From Ostreococcus lucimarinus (Eukaryota): a stretch of DNA of 64,000 nt. Positions 9,975-18,379 of the stretch are shown in pieces. Numbering within the stretch: the first letter of the stretch is position 1; each line of letters begins with the position of its first letter. A program made the position numbers and the translations under genes. Where the stretch lies: assembly GCA_000092065.1 (NCBI GenBank), contig CP000581.1. The stretch is one strand, 5' to 3'. The notes beneath the pieces are model-generated. The model was not told where the DNA came from and ran no database searches. It saw only the letters and a program-made list of their open reading frames with translations.

Positions 9975-12900
9975 ATGGAGTACGCGGAGTACAGACCCGA
10001 TAGTAAAAACGTCGCGCTGAAGAATCGCAGCGCGTATCGATTGGTCGGACACACGTGCGCGACGTACGCGCAGTACGTGGTGTACGTCGCCGAGGGCGTG
10101 GCGAAGAATACGTTCAACGCGCTGCGAGGGATAAAAGACTGGCGGACGGATGATGAGAATGGGGAAAAGAATGACTTGACGCCGCTGAGCGCGGGTAAGG
10201 CTAAGGACTTTTTCTACATCGGGAACATGTACGGAAACATCGAGGATACGTTTAATCGACCGATTTATTCGTCGCCGGAGGATTTTATCGACGTCGCGAT
10301 TCGGGCGCCGGAACACAACCGCGGGTACTTTGCGCGCTTGCAAGCGACGCCAGAGTCGAGAAAGTGCTTGAATTTGGGGAGTTATAATTATCTCGGGTTC
10401 GGTGGCGTCAACGAGCACTGCACACCGGTTGTGGAGAAATCTTTGAGCGAGTATCCAGTGACGAGCGGATCGCCCGCGGCGGAGCTCGGACGAGACAAAA
10501 ACTTGCGCGAGGTGGAAGATCTCGTGGCCAGATTCGTAGGCAAAGAGAGCGCGTGCGTGGTCGGTATGGGCTTTGCGACGAATAGTACGGTGATTCCGGC
10601 GCTTTGCTCGAAGGGCGACTTGATCATTTCTGATGCCTTAAATCACGCATCGATCGTTGAAGGCGCGCGCTTGAGCGGGGCAAAGATTCGCCCGTTTAAG
10701 CACCAGTGCGTGGGTGACTTGGAACTCATCTTACAAGACGCGGTTTTGGGTGGATACAATTACAACAAGATTGTCGTCATCGTGGAAGGTATTTATTCCA
10801 TGGAAGGTGAAGTTTGCAACTTGAAGCCGATCGTGGAGGTGGCGAAAATGTACGGCGCGCACGTGTACTTGGACGAGGCACACTCCATCGGCGCCGTCGG
10901 TCCGACGGGGCGAGGCGTGTGTGAAGAGCTTGGCGTTGATACCAAGGACATCACCGTCATGATGGGTACTTTTACCAAGTCATTCGGTGCCGCCGGTGGA
11001 TACGTGGCGGGTGATAAAGAGGTTGTGGAAGCCGTGAAGCGCTTTTCGCTCGGGTACACCGAGGCGGTTTCCATGGCGCCGGCGGTGTGCGCACAAGTCC
11101 TCTCATCTTTGCGTTTGATTTCCGGCGAAGACGGCACAGATATCGGAAAGAAAAAGCTTGATGCGCTCCGAGCAAACTCGGAATTTTTTCGTGATGGCTT
11201 AGTAGCGCTTGGCTTGGAAGTTCTCGGCCATCATCCGTCACCAATCATGCCCGTCATGCTCTATCAACCATACAAGATTGGCGATTTCTCTCGTCTTGCT
11301 TTCAATCGTGGTTTAGCCGTGGTCGTCGTCGGTTCTCCCGCCACGCCGATAACGCTGCCGCGTGTGCGCTTCTGCATTTCTGCTGCGCACAAGAGGGCCG
11401 ATCTGGAGAATGCATTGCACGTGATTTCTGACATTGCCGACGAGCTTTGCCTCAAGTTTAAGAAGTATCCCGCGAACCGATTTTTTCCGGGTTCCATCGA
11501 GGAGCTCGAAAAGCGAGAGCACAAAGAGAGTAAGAAACGAGTAGAGTACGCGTTAAAAAACAGAGAAAAGGCTTTGGAGTCTGCGTCTCGACTCCACTGG
11601 GCCCCCGTTTCCGTGGGCAGCAAGGTAAACGAAGAGATGAAACTCGAAGATGCCAAGGTTGAGCAGTTCGCCAAGTCCGAGATGAAGGATTCGTACGACA
11701 TGGTACTTAGCTCGCAAGATTTCTTAGATTTGACCCTCGACGAAACCATGCGATCTCAGTGCGCTGAAACTATTCATCGCTATGGTCTCGGATCGTGCTC
11801 ACCTCGTGGTTTTTATGGCACATTCCGTCCGCACATGGATTTGGAAGCCAAGATTGCGAAATTTCTCGGCGTGGGTGAAGCTGTGCTTTACTCTTTCGGC
11901 GTTTGCACTGCGTCCAGTGTCATTCAAGCTTTAGCGTCAAAAAGTGATGTGGCTGTGGTCGATCGAGGCGTTGGACCGAGTATCATCGCTGGTTTACGTT
12001 TGGCGAAGCTCGAAATTAGATGGTACAATCACGCCGATCCTGCTGATGCGGCGCGTGTTTTTGCGCAAATTGAAACCGAAGATGGTTCCACGTCTGCGAG
12101 GCTCACCCGACCTGTCAGACGTCGATGGTTGATTACTGAAGCATGTTTTGGCTCCACCGGTCGATGTGCGCCTCTCCGTGAACTTGTAGCTTTGAAGGAT
12201 CATCACCATGCACGAATGATTCTCGATGAGTCGTTCTCCTTTGGCGCCATGGGTGAAAGTGGTCGTGGTCTGATTGAACACGTTGGACTACCCAGCAGCT
12301 CTGTTGATGTCATTTGTGCTTCGTTGGAGAACGCGTGCGCATCTGTGGGTGGTTTTGTGGCCGGAGATACGGGAGTCGTGGCTTACCAACGCTTGATGGG
12401 AAGTGGTTACGTCTTCTCAGCGTCCTTACCGCCCTACCTCGCGACGGCTTCTTTACACGCCATCAGCCGCATCGAAGCTGAACCGGCCATGGTTGAAAAG
12501 CTTCATGACGCGGCGCGACGTACTCGCAGCGCACTCGTCAGTGGAGACATTCCCGGTATGACTACTGATGCAGATGCCGACTCGCCAGTCATCCCCGTCA
12601 AGCTCTCGGCCGGCGTTGGGAGCGGGGACGAGAACATGCTTCTGCATCGCATCGCTGCTCGTATGCGAAGTAAAGGATTTGGTGTGTGCGTGGCTCGAGT
12701 CAGTCCTGTCATTTTACCGTCTCACCGCCCCCCGCCGTCCCTTCGTCTATATGCGCACGCCAGTCACACGGCGGACAAGATTGACAAGATGCTCACAGTG
12801 CTTCGAGATGCTGCGTTGGATATCCTCCCGCAGCACGCTTTAGCGTCGCCATTACCGCAAAAGCGACCGTCGCTCGATCATCAAGTTCACGTTTCGCCCA

Positions 12901-14234
12901 GGTCACTATTCACATCGCAGTCGTACTCTACTGATGCGCCAAGTGTGCCGAAAACGTTCAATAGCAAAGAACTCGAAGCCATCAGGAAAAAGATGATGGT
13001 TGAAGAAGAGATGGAAGAAACCAAGGCTTGGAAACTTTCGCTTCTCGATAACGACATCGATGAAGAGCCGAACAGTCTTTCCGTGCCTCTGCTCGTGGGT
13101 TTACTCTGGTGTCACAATTTATTCCGCCGTTACATCATCGGTCAAATCAACATCACCAAACACTTGGTTCCTAACATTCTCACTAAAGTTGGCTTGCATC
13201 CAGAGCAAGTCGGAACCGTCGGTCGCACTTTCCACGTCATTTCAATGTGGTTAGGCAGCCGAAACTTTTACTATTTAGTACTTCCCGTTATCGTGTGGAC
13301 TGTGGACAGCAGTTACGCGCAGTTAATGATGATTATTTACTGCATGAGCTGCGCCTACGGCTGCCTGACGAAGGGTACGATGAGCACTCAGAGCTCGAGT
13401 AAGCGACCGGCGCAAAGTTCTCTCGGCGCTCTAGCTCCTCATAAGGTGTACGCATGGCCATCGATTGCTGGTATGAATGCTTCCGCCATTCCTTTCTTCG
13501 TGCTTCGTTGGAGATACGGCAGCGTGCCGCTTTGGGAGATGGAGCATCCTTACATCGTCGTCGGAGATTACCTACTCGCATTCGCTTATATGATGGCGAT
13601 CGTAATCAGCCGCTTGGCCACTGGTGAGTCGCCAGCCAATATGCAGGGTGGTGTAGTACTCGGTGCGGTCGGGCTGCGACTGGTTTTACCTCTCATGGAT
13701 TGGTGCAACGCCGGCCTCCAGGCTGGGACGGTGATGACGACGCAAGGCGCTTCTTTCCTCGCCTTGACGTCCGCGGCGATTCTTCTTTTCCCTGTCCCGC
13801 TGAACAGCCGAGGTCACATTCTTGTCGCCGCGCAGACGTGCTACCGCCGCATGTGGCGCACCTTGTTTTACATGCTTGCATTCATAGTGGGCGCGATTTG
13901 GCGCGAAAAGCCGACGAAAGTCGCGGCGTTTCCAACGACAATCCGTGAGTGGTTCACCTTGATTGCCGCGAAGGCTATCATCGGCCACATCGTTCTTTAC
14001 GTCGTTGTTCTCGCGATTGGATCCCTCGCTAAGATTAGTTTCGAAGGTGCCCTTCGCCTCTATGTGCGAGAGATTAAACCGCGCGTGCAAAAGCCCGGGC
14101 ACAAGAGCGGCTCCGTCGGCACGGTGCACATGCGCCGCGCCGCACTCTACTTCGTCGAGCTCGCCCAGGACATCACCGCCGGTCTCACCACTGCGAACGT
14201 TGTTCCAAAAATTTTCGACGCGCTCGCAATTTAA
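9975..14234 (+). CDS. single-chain serine palmitoyltransferase (LCB2-like domain, then LCB1-like domain) fused to an unassigned C-terminal polytopic membrane domain
   Basis: This is one uninterrupted 1419-aa frame. Domain 1 (aa ~100-515) has 'LGSYNYLGFGG' and the PLP-lysine motif 'GTFTKSFG', as in LCB2. Domain 2 (aa ~575-955) has 'SPRGFYGTFRPHMDLE' and no catalytic Lys, as in LCB1. After a Ser/Pro-rich linker, aa ~1010-1419 are hydrophobic with about 8-10 predicted TM helices and no motif I can place. Confidence 0.75.
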   Translation: MEYAEYRPDSKNVALKNRSAYRLVGHTCATYAQYVVYVAEGVAKNTFNALRGIKDWRTDDENGEKNDLTPLSAGKAKDFFYIGNMYGNIEDTFNRPIYSSPEDFIDVAIRAPEHNRGYFARLQATPESRKCLNLGSYNYLGFGGVNEHCTPVVEKSLSEYPVTSGSPAAELGRDKNLREVEDLVARFVGKESACVVGMGFATNSTVIPALCSKGDLIISDALNHASIVEGARLSGAKIRPFKHQCVGDLELILQDAVLGGYNYNKIVVIVEGIYSMEGEVCNLKPIVEVAKMYGAHVYLDEAHSIGAVGPTGRGVCEELGVDTKDITVMMGTFTKSFGAAGGYVAGDKEVVEAVKRFSLGYTEAVSMAPAVCAQVLSSLRLISGEDGTDIGKKKLDALRANSEFFRDGLVALGLEVLGHHPSPIMPVMLYQPYKIGDFSRLAFNRGLAVVVVGSPATPITLPRVRFCISAAHKRADLENALHVISDIADELCLKFKKYPANRFFPGSIEELEKREHKESKKRVEYALKNREKALESASRLHWAPVSVGSKVNEEMKLEDAKVEQFAKSEMKDSYDMVLSSQDFLDLTLDETMRSQCAETIHRYGLGSCSPRGFYGTFRPHMDLEAKIAKFLGVGEAVLYSFGVCTASSVIQALASKSDVAVVDRGVGPSIIAGLRLAKLEIRWYNHADPADAARVFAQIETEDGSTSARLTRPVRRRWLITEACFGSTGRCAPLRELVALKDHHHARMILDESFSFGAMGESGRGLIEHVGLPSSSVDVICASLENACASVGGFVAGDTGVVAYQRLMGSGYVFSASLPPYLATASLHAISRIEAEPAMVEKLHDAARRTRSALVSGDIPGMTTDADADSPVIPVKLSAGVGSGDENMLLHRIAARMRSKGFGVCVARVSPVILPSHRPPPSLRLYAHASHTADKIDKMLTVLRDAALDILPQHALASPLPQKRPSLDHQVHVSPRSLFTSQSYSTDAPSVPKTFNSKELEAIRKKMMVEEEMEETKAWKLSLLDNDIDEEPNSLSVPLLVGLLWCHNLFRRYIIGQINITKHLVPNILTKVGLHPEQVGTVGRTFHVISMWLGSRNFYYLVLPVIVWTVDSSYAQLMMIIYCMSCAYGCLTKGTMSTQSSSKRPAQSSLGALAPHKVYAWPSIAGMNASAIPFFVLRWRYGSVPLWEMEHPYIVVGDYLLAFAYMMAIVISRLATGESPANMQGGVVLGAVGLRLVLPLMDWCNAGLQAGTVMTTQGASFLALTSAAILLFPVPLNSRGHILVAAQTCYRRMWRTLFYMLAFIVGAIWREKPTKVAAFPTTIREWFTLIAAKAIIGHIVLYVVVLAIGSLAKISFEGALRLYVREIKPRVQKPGHKSGSVGTVHMRRAALYFVELAQDITAGLTTANVVPKIFDALAI

Positions 14235-14370
14235 AAGACGCTGTAACACCATTCGTTTTTCAATAGTCTTGTCCGCCAGCTGCGAAAGAAAGAAAGCGCC
14301 CGCCTCTCGGAGGTTGTCTTTTCCACAAGATGAGGGAGGTGCCGACGCCAGTTCGCGCTCGACGTCGAAG

Positions 14371-15225
14371 ATGTCCGCCACCGCGAACTCTCGCGCGTAC
14401 GTCGCTGACGTCAAATCCCGGTCTTCGTCCCGTGGACGACGCGCTGTGAAATCGCGCCGCGCGCACACCACGCCGCGCGCCGTCGGCGTGAGCGATGACG
14501 TCGTCACATCTTCGTCGTCGTCCTCTTCTGATTCTATCGAGAACGGGCCGTGTAAGATGAATATTTACGCCCTGGCCGCGTGTGCGGGACGCGGTGAAGC
14601 CGCGACGACGCAGCAGCGCGACGAGATGCGCGCGCTTGTGCGCTCGTTGACGAATCCCACGGCGGCGCCGGCGCGAGACGAGCGGCTCAACGGAACGTGG
14701 GAGTTGGTGTACGAGAGCAGCGGTTTTCCGTTCCGCTCGTCCCCGTTTTTTTGGGCCGTGGGTAAGCTCCTTGGTGAGAATGCTGACTTCTTTTACGGCG
14801 CGCACGAGCATCAGACGAGCATGTTTGGCGGCGGCTGCGGGACGTGCTTGCAGAAAATCTCCGAAGGCGCGCTCGAGAGCGACTGCATCGTCAAGGCTTC
14901 GCTGGGCGTCCCACTCCTCGGATTCGCCCCGCTTTTCTCTGGATACGGTTCCGTGATAACTAAGGGTACGACTCGGGTGTTGGACGACGACACGATCGCG
15001 ATGCCACTGGGATCTTTGTCGACGACGGTGCGGCAAGACGACGCCAATGTTTTGCCAGCGTTGAACTTCTTGAATGGCACCACGGTTCCCGTAGGCGACG
15101 TCATGGGTCGAATCGCCGATGGTGAGTCCGAGGTCACCATGCGCATAACTTACCTCGACGAGGACATGCGCGTGAGCGAGTTAGAGGACGGCACGCAGCT
15201 GGTCTATCGTCGACGCGTCGCGTAA
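14371..15225 (+). CDS. plastid-lipid-associated protein / fibrillin (PAP family)
   Basis: 'LNGTWELVYESSG' is the hallmark fibrillin motif (L.G.W.L.YTS). A Ser/Arg-rich transit-like N-terminus starts at 'MSATANS'. The ORF-track start at 13963 overlaps the SPT gene in another frame and is rejected. Confidence 0.7.
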   Translation: MSATANSRAYVADVKSRSSSRGRRAVKSRRAHTTPRAVGVSDDVVTSSSSSSSDSIENGPCKMNIYALAACAGRGEAATTQQRDEMRALVRSLTNPTAAPARDERLNGTWELVYESSGFPFRSSPFFWAVGKLLGENADFFYGAHEHQTSMFGGGCGTCLQKISEGALESDCIVKASLGVPLLGFAPLFSGYGSVITKGTTRVLDDDTIAMPLGSLSTTVRQDDANVLPALNFLNGTTVPVGDVMGRIADGESEVTMRITYLDEDMRVSELEDGTQLVYRRRVA

Positions 15226-15300
15226 ACATTCTTGTGCAATAAATTTAAGGTTGAACTCGACTTCGACTTCACCGCCTCATACGGTCGCGCGTCGTGTATC

Positions 15301-16707
15301 ATGCGAGCTTACGCGACGAAAGCAAAAGCGTGTGCGAATGTGTGTCGTGCGTCCGACGCTCGTGGCTCGAATCGGCCAACTGTCGCCGCGCGTCGACGTC
15401 GAACGACGACGTTGGCGCACAAAGATAAAGCCGACGTCGTCGTCATCGGTGGCGGACTAGCCGGTCTTGCGGCGTGTAACGAACTAGAAAAACGTGGGGC
15501 CGATTACGTTTTGCTTGAATCCAGCGACGATGTCGGCGGGCGCGTGCGCACAGACATCGTCGATGGGTTCTTGCTCGATCGAGGCTTTGCCATCTTTCTC
15601 ACTGGATATCCTGAGGCGCAGAAAGTGTTGAACTACGACGCGTTGGAGTTGAAGCCGTTTTATGCAGGCGCGGACGTGCGATTCAACGGTGCGTTTCATC
15701 GCGTGGCGGATCCGTTTCGTCACCCGCTGGATGGGTTACAGTCGTTGACGAATCCGGTGGGGAGCGTCGCGGACAAGGTGCTCGTCGGGCTGGTGCGATT
15801 CCAAACCTTGCTAGCGATGGGAACGCTGGATGAAATGATGTCAGCCGACGGAGAGACGACGATCATGAAGCGTTTAAAGGATTCTGGATTCAGTGATGAG
15901 ATGATTGATCGATTTTTTCGTCCATTTATGGCGGGGATTTTCTTCAACCGCGAGCTGACGACATCGAGCAGACTGTTCAATTTCGTGATGCGCATGCTTG
16001 CGACTGGGCAGAACTGTCTGCCGGCCAAAGGGATCGGAGCGGTGAGCGCTCAGCTGCGCGGTTATCTCACGGCTGACAGAGTTCGTGTGAACGCCAAGGT
16101 GACGACATTGAGCGAGCGAGACGCTGACATGTCTAGAACGCTCACGCTTGACAACGGAGAAACAGTGACGGCAAACAAGTCCGTCATCATAGCGTGTGAA
16201 GGGCCTGAGGCGGCCAGATTACTCGGTGGCTCCTTGGAGCAGAGTCCAAGTAAACCAGAGTCCGCAGTCGGCACGATGTGCCTGTATTTCTCCATGGACA
16301 AGGCACCAACGGATGATGCCATTTTGTATTTGGACGGCGACAACAAAGGGGGTATCGTAAATAATTGCTGCTTTCCCAGTAACGTGGCGCCTTCCTATGC
16401 CCCATCCGGGAAAGCGTTGGCTTCTGTGTCTATCATTGGTGTCCCGAGCGAAGACGACGCTAAGATGGAGGCCAAGGTTCGCGATGAACTTTCTTCGTGG
16501 TTTGGTGACGACCAAGTTGCGACGTGGCGTTTGTTACGCACCTATCGCATCCCGTACGCGCAGCCCAATCAAGAGCCTCCGACGAACTTTGCTCGTTCGA
16601 GCGTTTTAGGCAATGGATTATTCATCGCAGGCGATCATCGAAGCTCTTCCACGTTCGACGGTGCGCTCGTTTCCGGAAGAATCGCAGCAGAGGCGGCGAC
16701 CAAATAG
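15301..16707 (+). CDS. FAD-dependent amine-oxidase-family oxidoreductase, probably organellar
   Basis: The dinucleotide-binding motif 'VVVIGGGLAGLAAC...LLESSDDVGGR' is typical of the FAD amine-oxidase/PPOX-like superfamily. A transit-like N-terminus is present. The start could be 15232 or 15301. Confidence 0.6.
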   Translation: MRAYATKAKACANVCRASDARGSNRPTVAARRRRTTTLAHKDKADVVVIGGGLAGLAACNELEKRGADYVLLESSDDVGGRVRTDIVDGFLLDRGFAIFLTGYPEAQKVLNYDALELKPFYAGADVRFNGAFHRVADPFRHPLDGLQSLTNPVGSVADKVLVGLVRFQTLLAMGTLDEMMSADGETTIMKRLKDSGFSDEMIDRFFRPFMAGIFFNRELTTSSRLFNFVMRMLATGQNCLPAKGIGAVSAQLRGYLTADRVRVNAKVTTLSERDADMSRTLTLDNGETVTANKSVIIACEGPEAARLLGGSLEQSPSKPESAVGTMCLYFSMDKAPTDDAILYLDGDNKGGIVNNCCFPSNVAPSYAPSGKALASVSIIGVPSEDDAKMEAKVRDELSSWFGDDQVATWRLLRTYRIPYAQPNQEPPTNFARSSVLGNGLFIAGDHRSSSTFDGALVSGRIAAEAATK

Positions 16708-16745
16708 ACACCCGTAGAAGCCTGCCTCACAACAAGACCGCGCGC

Positions 16746-17645
16746 ATGCGCGCTAGTAATTTGACATCCCAACGCGTAGAAGTACATACCTATCGTGCAC
16801 CGATTTCGCGCACGTATCGTCGTCGCACGCGCGCCTCGGGGATGACGACGACGCACGAAGACGTACCCACGGCGACGAATTACCTCACGCCGATGCGAAC
16901 GATGGAAGACCTTCAAACCGCGGAAAGAGCGCGCGATGCGGTGGTTTTGTTGAACTACGACCTGCCTCCGCACGCACTGTCTCTGTGGTTGTCGTGTTCG
17001 TACAGAGTGTGCGCGGACGGCGGAGCGAATCGCGTGCAAGACTTGCGAGCGGCGTACGACGCGGCGACGAAAGAGTTGAACTACAACGGAGATGACGTGT
17101 TTAAGCACCCTCATCGAATCGTGGGTGATATGGATAGCGTATGGGGGTCTGTTGCGTCGTTATATCGCGATAACAAAGCGTACGGATGCCTGTTGGATGA
17201 TCAAAGCGATGACCAGGATTCGACAGACTTTGTCAAGTGTCTGAGAGCCATAGTGAAACACAAGCCGGAAGTCAAGCGCGTGTTCACCTTGGGCGCACTT
17301 GGAGGACGGCTGGACCACGTTTTATACAACATGAAGACTCTGTTTGATTTTCCAGAGCTCGAGATTGTTCTGATTGGAGACCATTCGATGGCGCGCGCGG
17401 TGCCCGCGGGCGAAACAATCATCAAACGCGACACACGTTACAAACTCATGCACTGTGGATTGGTGCCATTACAAGGCGACGCGCGCGTGTCAACCGTTGG
17501 TTTAAAGTGGGATTTGAACGATGAAGTGATGTCTTTCAACGCCGGTGGATTGATCTCAACAAGTAACCAGTTCATCGAGGACAAGGTCGTCATTCGGACC
17601 GATGTTCCGCTTTTGTTTACGGCGTCTCCGCCGATGCCACTTTGA
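16746..17645 (+). CDS. TPK: thiamine pyrophosphokinase
   Basis: 'CADGGANR', 'IVGDMDS' and 'DQDSTDFVKC' are TPK catalytic-domain motifs, and the C-terminal thiamine-binding β-domain is present. The ORF-track N-terminus (16524) overlaps the previous gene, so the start is trimmed. Confidence 0.7.
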   Translation: MRASNLTSQRVEVHTYRAPISRTYRRRTRASGMTTTHEDVPTATNYLTPMRTMEDLQTAERARDAVVLLNYDLPPHALSLWLSCSYRVCADGGANRVQDLRAAYDAATKELNYNGDDVFKHPHRIVGDMDSVWGSVASLYRDNKAYGCLLDDQSDDQDSTDFVKCLRAIVKHKPEVKRVFTLGALGGRLDHVLYNMKTLFDFPELEIVLIGDHSMARAVPAGETIIKRDTRYKLMHCGLVPLQGDARVSTVGLKWDLNDEVMSFNAGGLISTSNQFIEDKVVIRTDVPLLFTASPPMPL

Positions 17646-17797
17646 CAAGGAACGAGGCGTCTGAGGAACGCAAAAAATATAGATAATCGCTTAGTGCTCA
17701 AGTGAGCGAATAGACGTAGACCTTAGCGTGTTTCAATCACACAAATCTATCGTTAAAATTCTAAACGCTAGTTCGAGGAAGCCGCCACGCGCATCCC

Positions 17798-18235
17798 TCA
17801 GATTGGCTTGACCTTCATGTGTAACGTGATGAGCGAAAACACCAAGCACTTCAAATCTTGCACCAGGTAATAAAAGTTCCTAAAGCCGTCCGGATCTTTA
17901 CTATTCTGTACGTCCAACAGCGACCCAATCTTTGACGTCGTGAAGGATGTGTGATCGTCTCCGTACACAATCTCCAACTCCTGTCGCCCCTCACGATCGG
18001 GCTCGGGCCAATTTCGATCGTCCTCTTTCATCACTTCGCTCTCTTTGATGATTCGCGCCACCTCATTCAGCATCTCGCGCGACACCGTCATCTCTTTACG
18101 AATGCACGTGTCATTCTTGTAGTTTGAGTTGTTCGCGTATCGAAGCTTGCCGCACGGGCGAAACTCGAACTCGAGGAACTCGTGCCCGAATCGGCCTTTG
18201 TGTCCGACGTAGTACCGCACGTAGAAGTCATCCAT
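17798..18235 (-). CDS. MAGOH: Mago nashi (exon-junction complex core)
   Basis: The 145-aa protein is near-identical in pattern to Mago nashi: '[21 protein letters not shown]' ... '[24 protein letters not shown]'. Confidence 0.9.
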   Translation of the reverse strand: MDDFYVRYYVGHKGRFGHEFLEFEFRPCGKLRYANNSNYKNDTCIRKEMTVSREMLNEVARIIKESEVMKEDDRNWPEPDREGRQELEIVYGDDHTSFTTSKIGSLLDVQNSKDPDGFRNFYYLVQDLKCLVFSLITLHMKVKPI

Positions 18236-18379
18236 GGCCCTTTGCGGCAGGGCGCGGCGCGTCTGCTTATGGGACGCGACCCAACAGAGGTTTCAGAGAG
18301 TCTCCCAAAAAGTGCATTGGCGGGAGAAATCGTCATCGCGCGACGCCGCACGAGCGCTCGCGCTGCGCGGTCAAACAAC

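Noticed and set aside
9537-10418. N-terminal 294 codons of ORF 8337-10418
   Set aside because: It is low complexity (RRRR, poly-T) and runs through the divergent promoter and into the SPT gene. The CbbY-like domain begins after 'MTMTPM'.
13963-14370. ORF-track N-terminus of the fibrillin ORF
   Set aside because: It overlaps the last 270 nt of the SPT gene in another frame. The fibrillin probably starts at the ATG at 14371, followed by a transit-like leader.
13686-15036. Minus-strand ORFs 13686-14507 (273 aa) and 14260-15036 (258 aa)
   Set aside because: They are antisense to the SPT C-domain and fibrillin genes, Arg-rich, and have no motifs.
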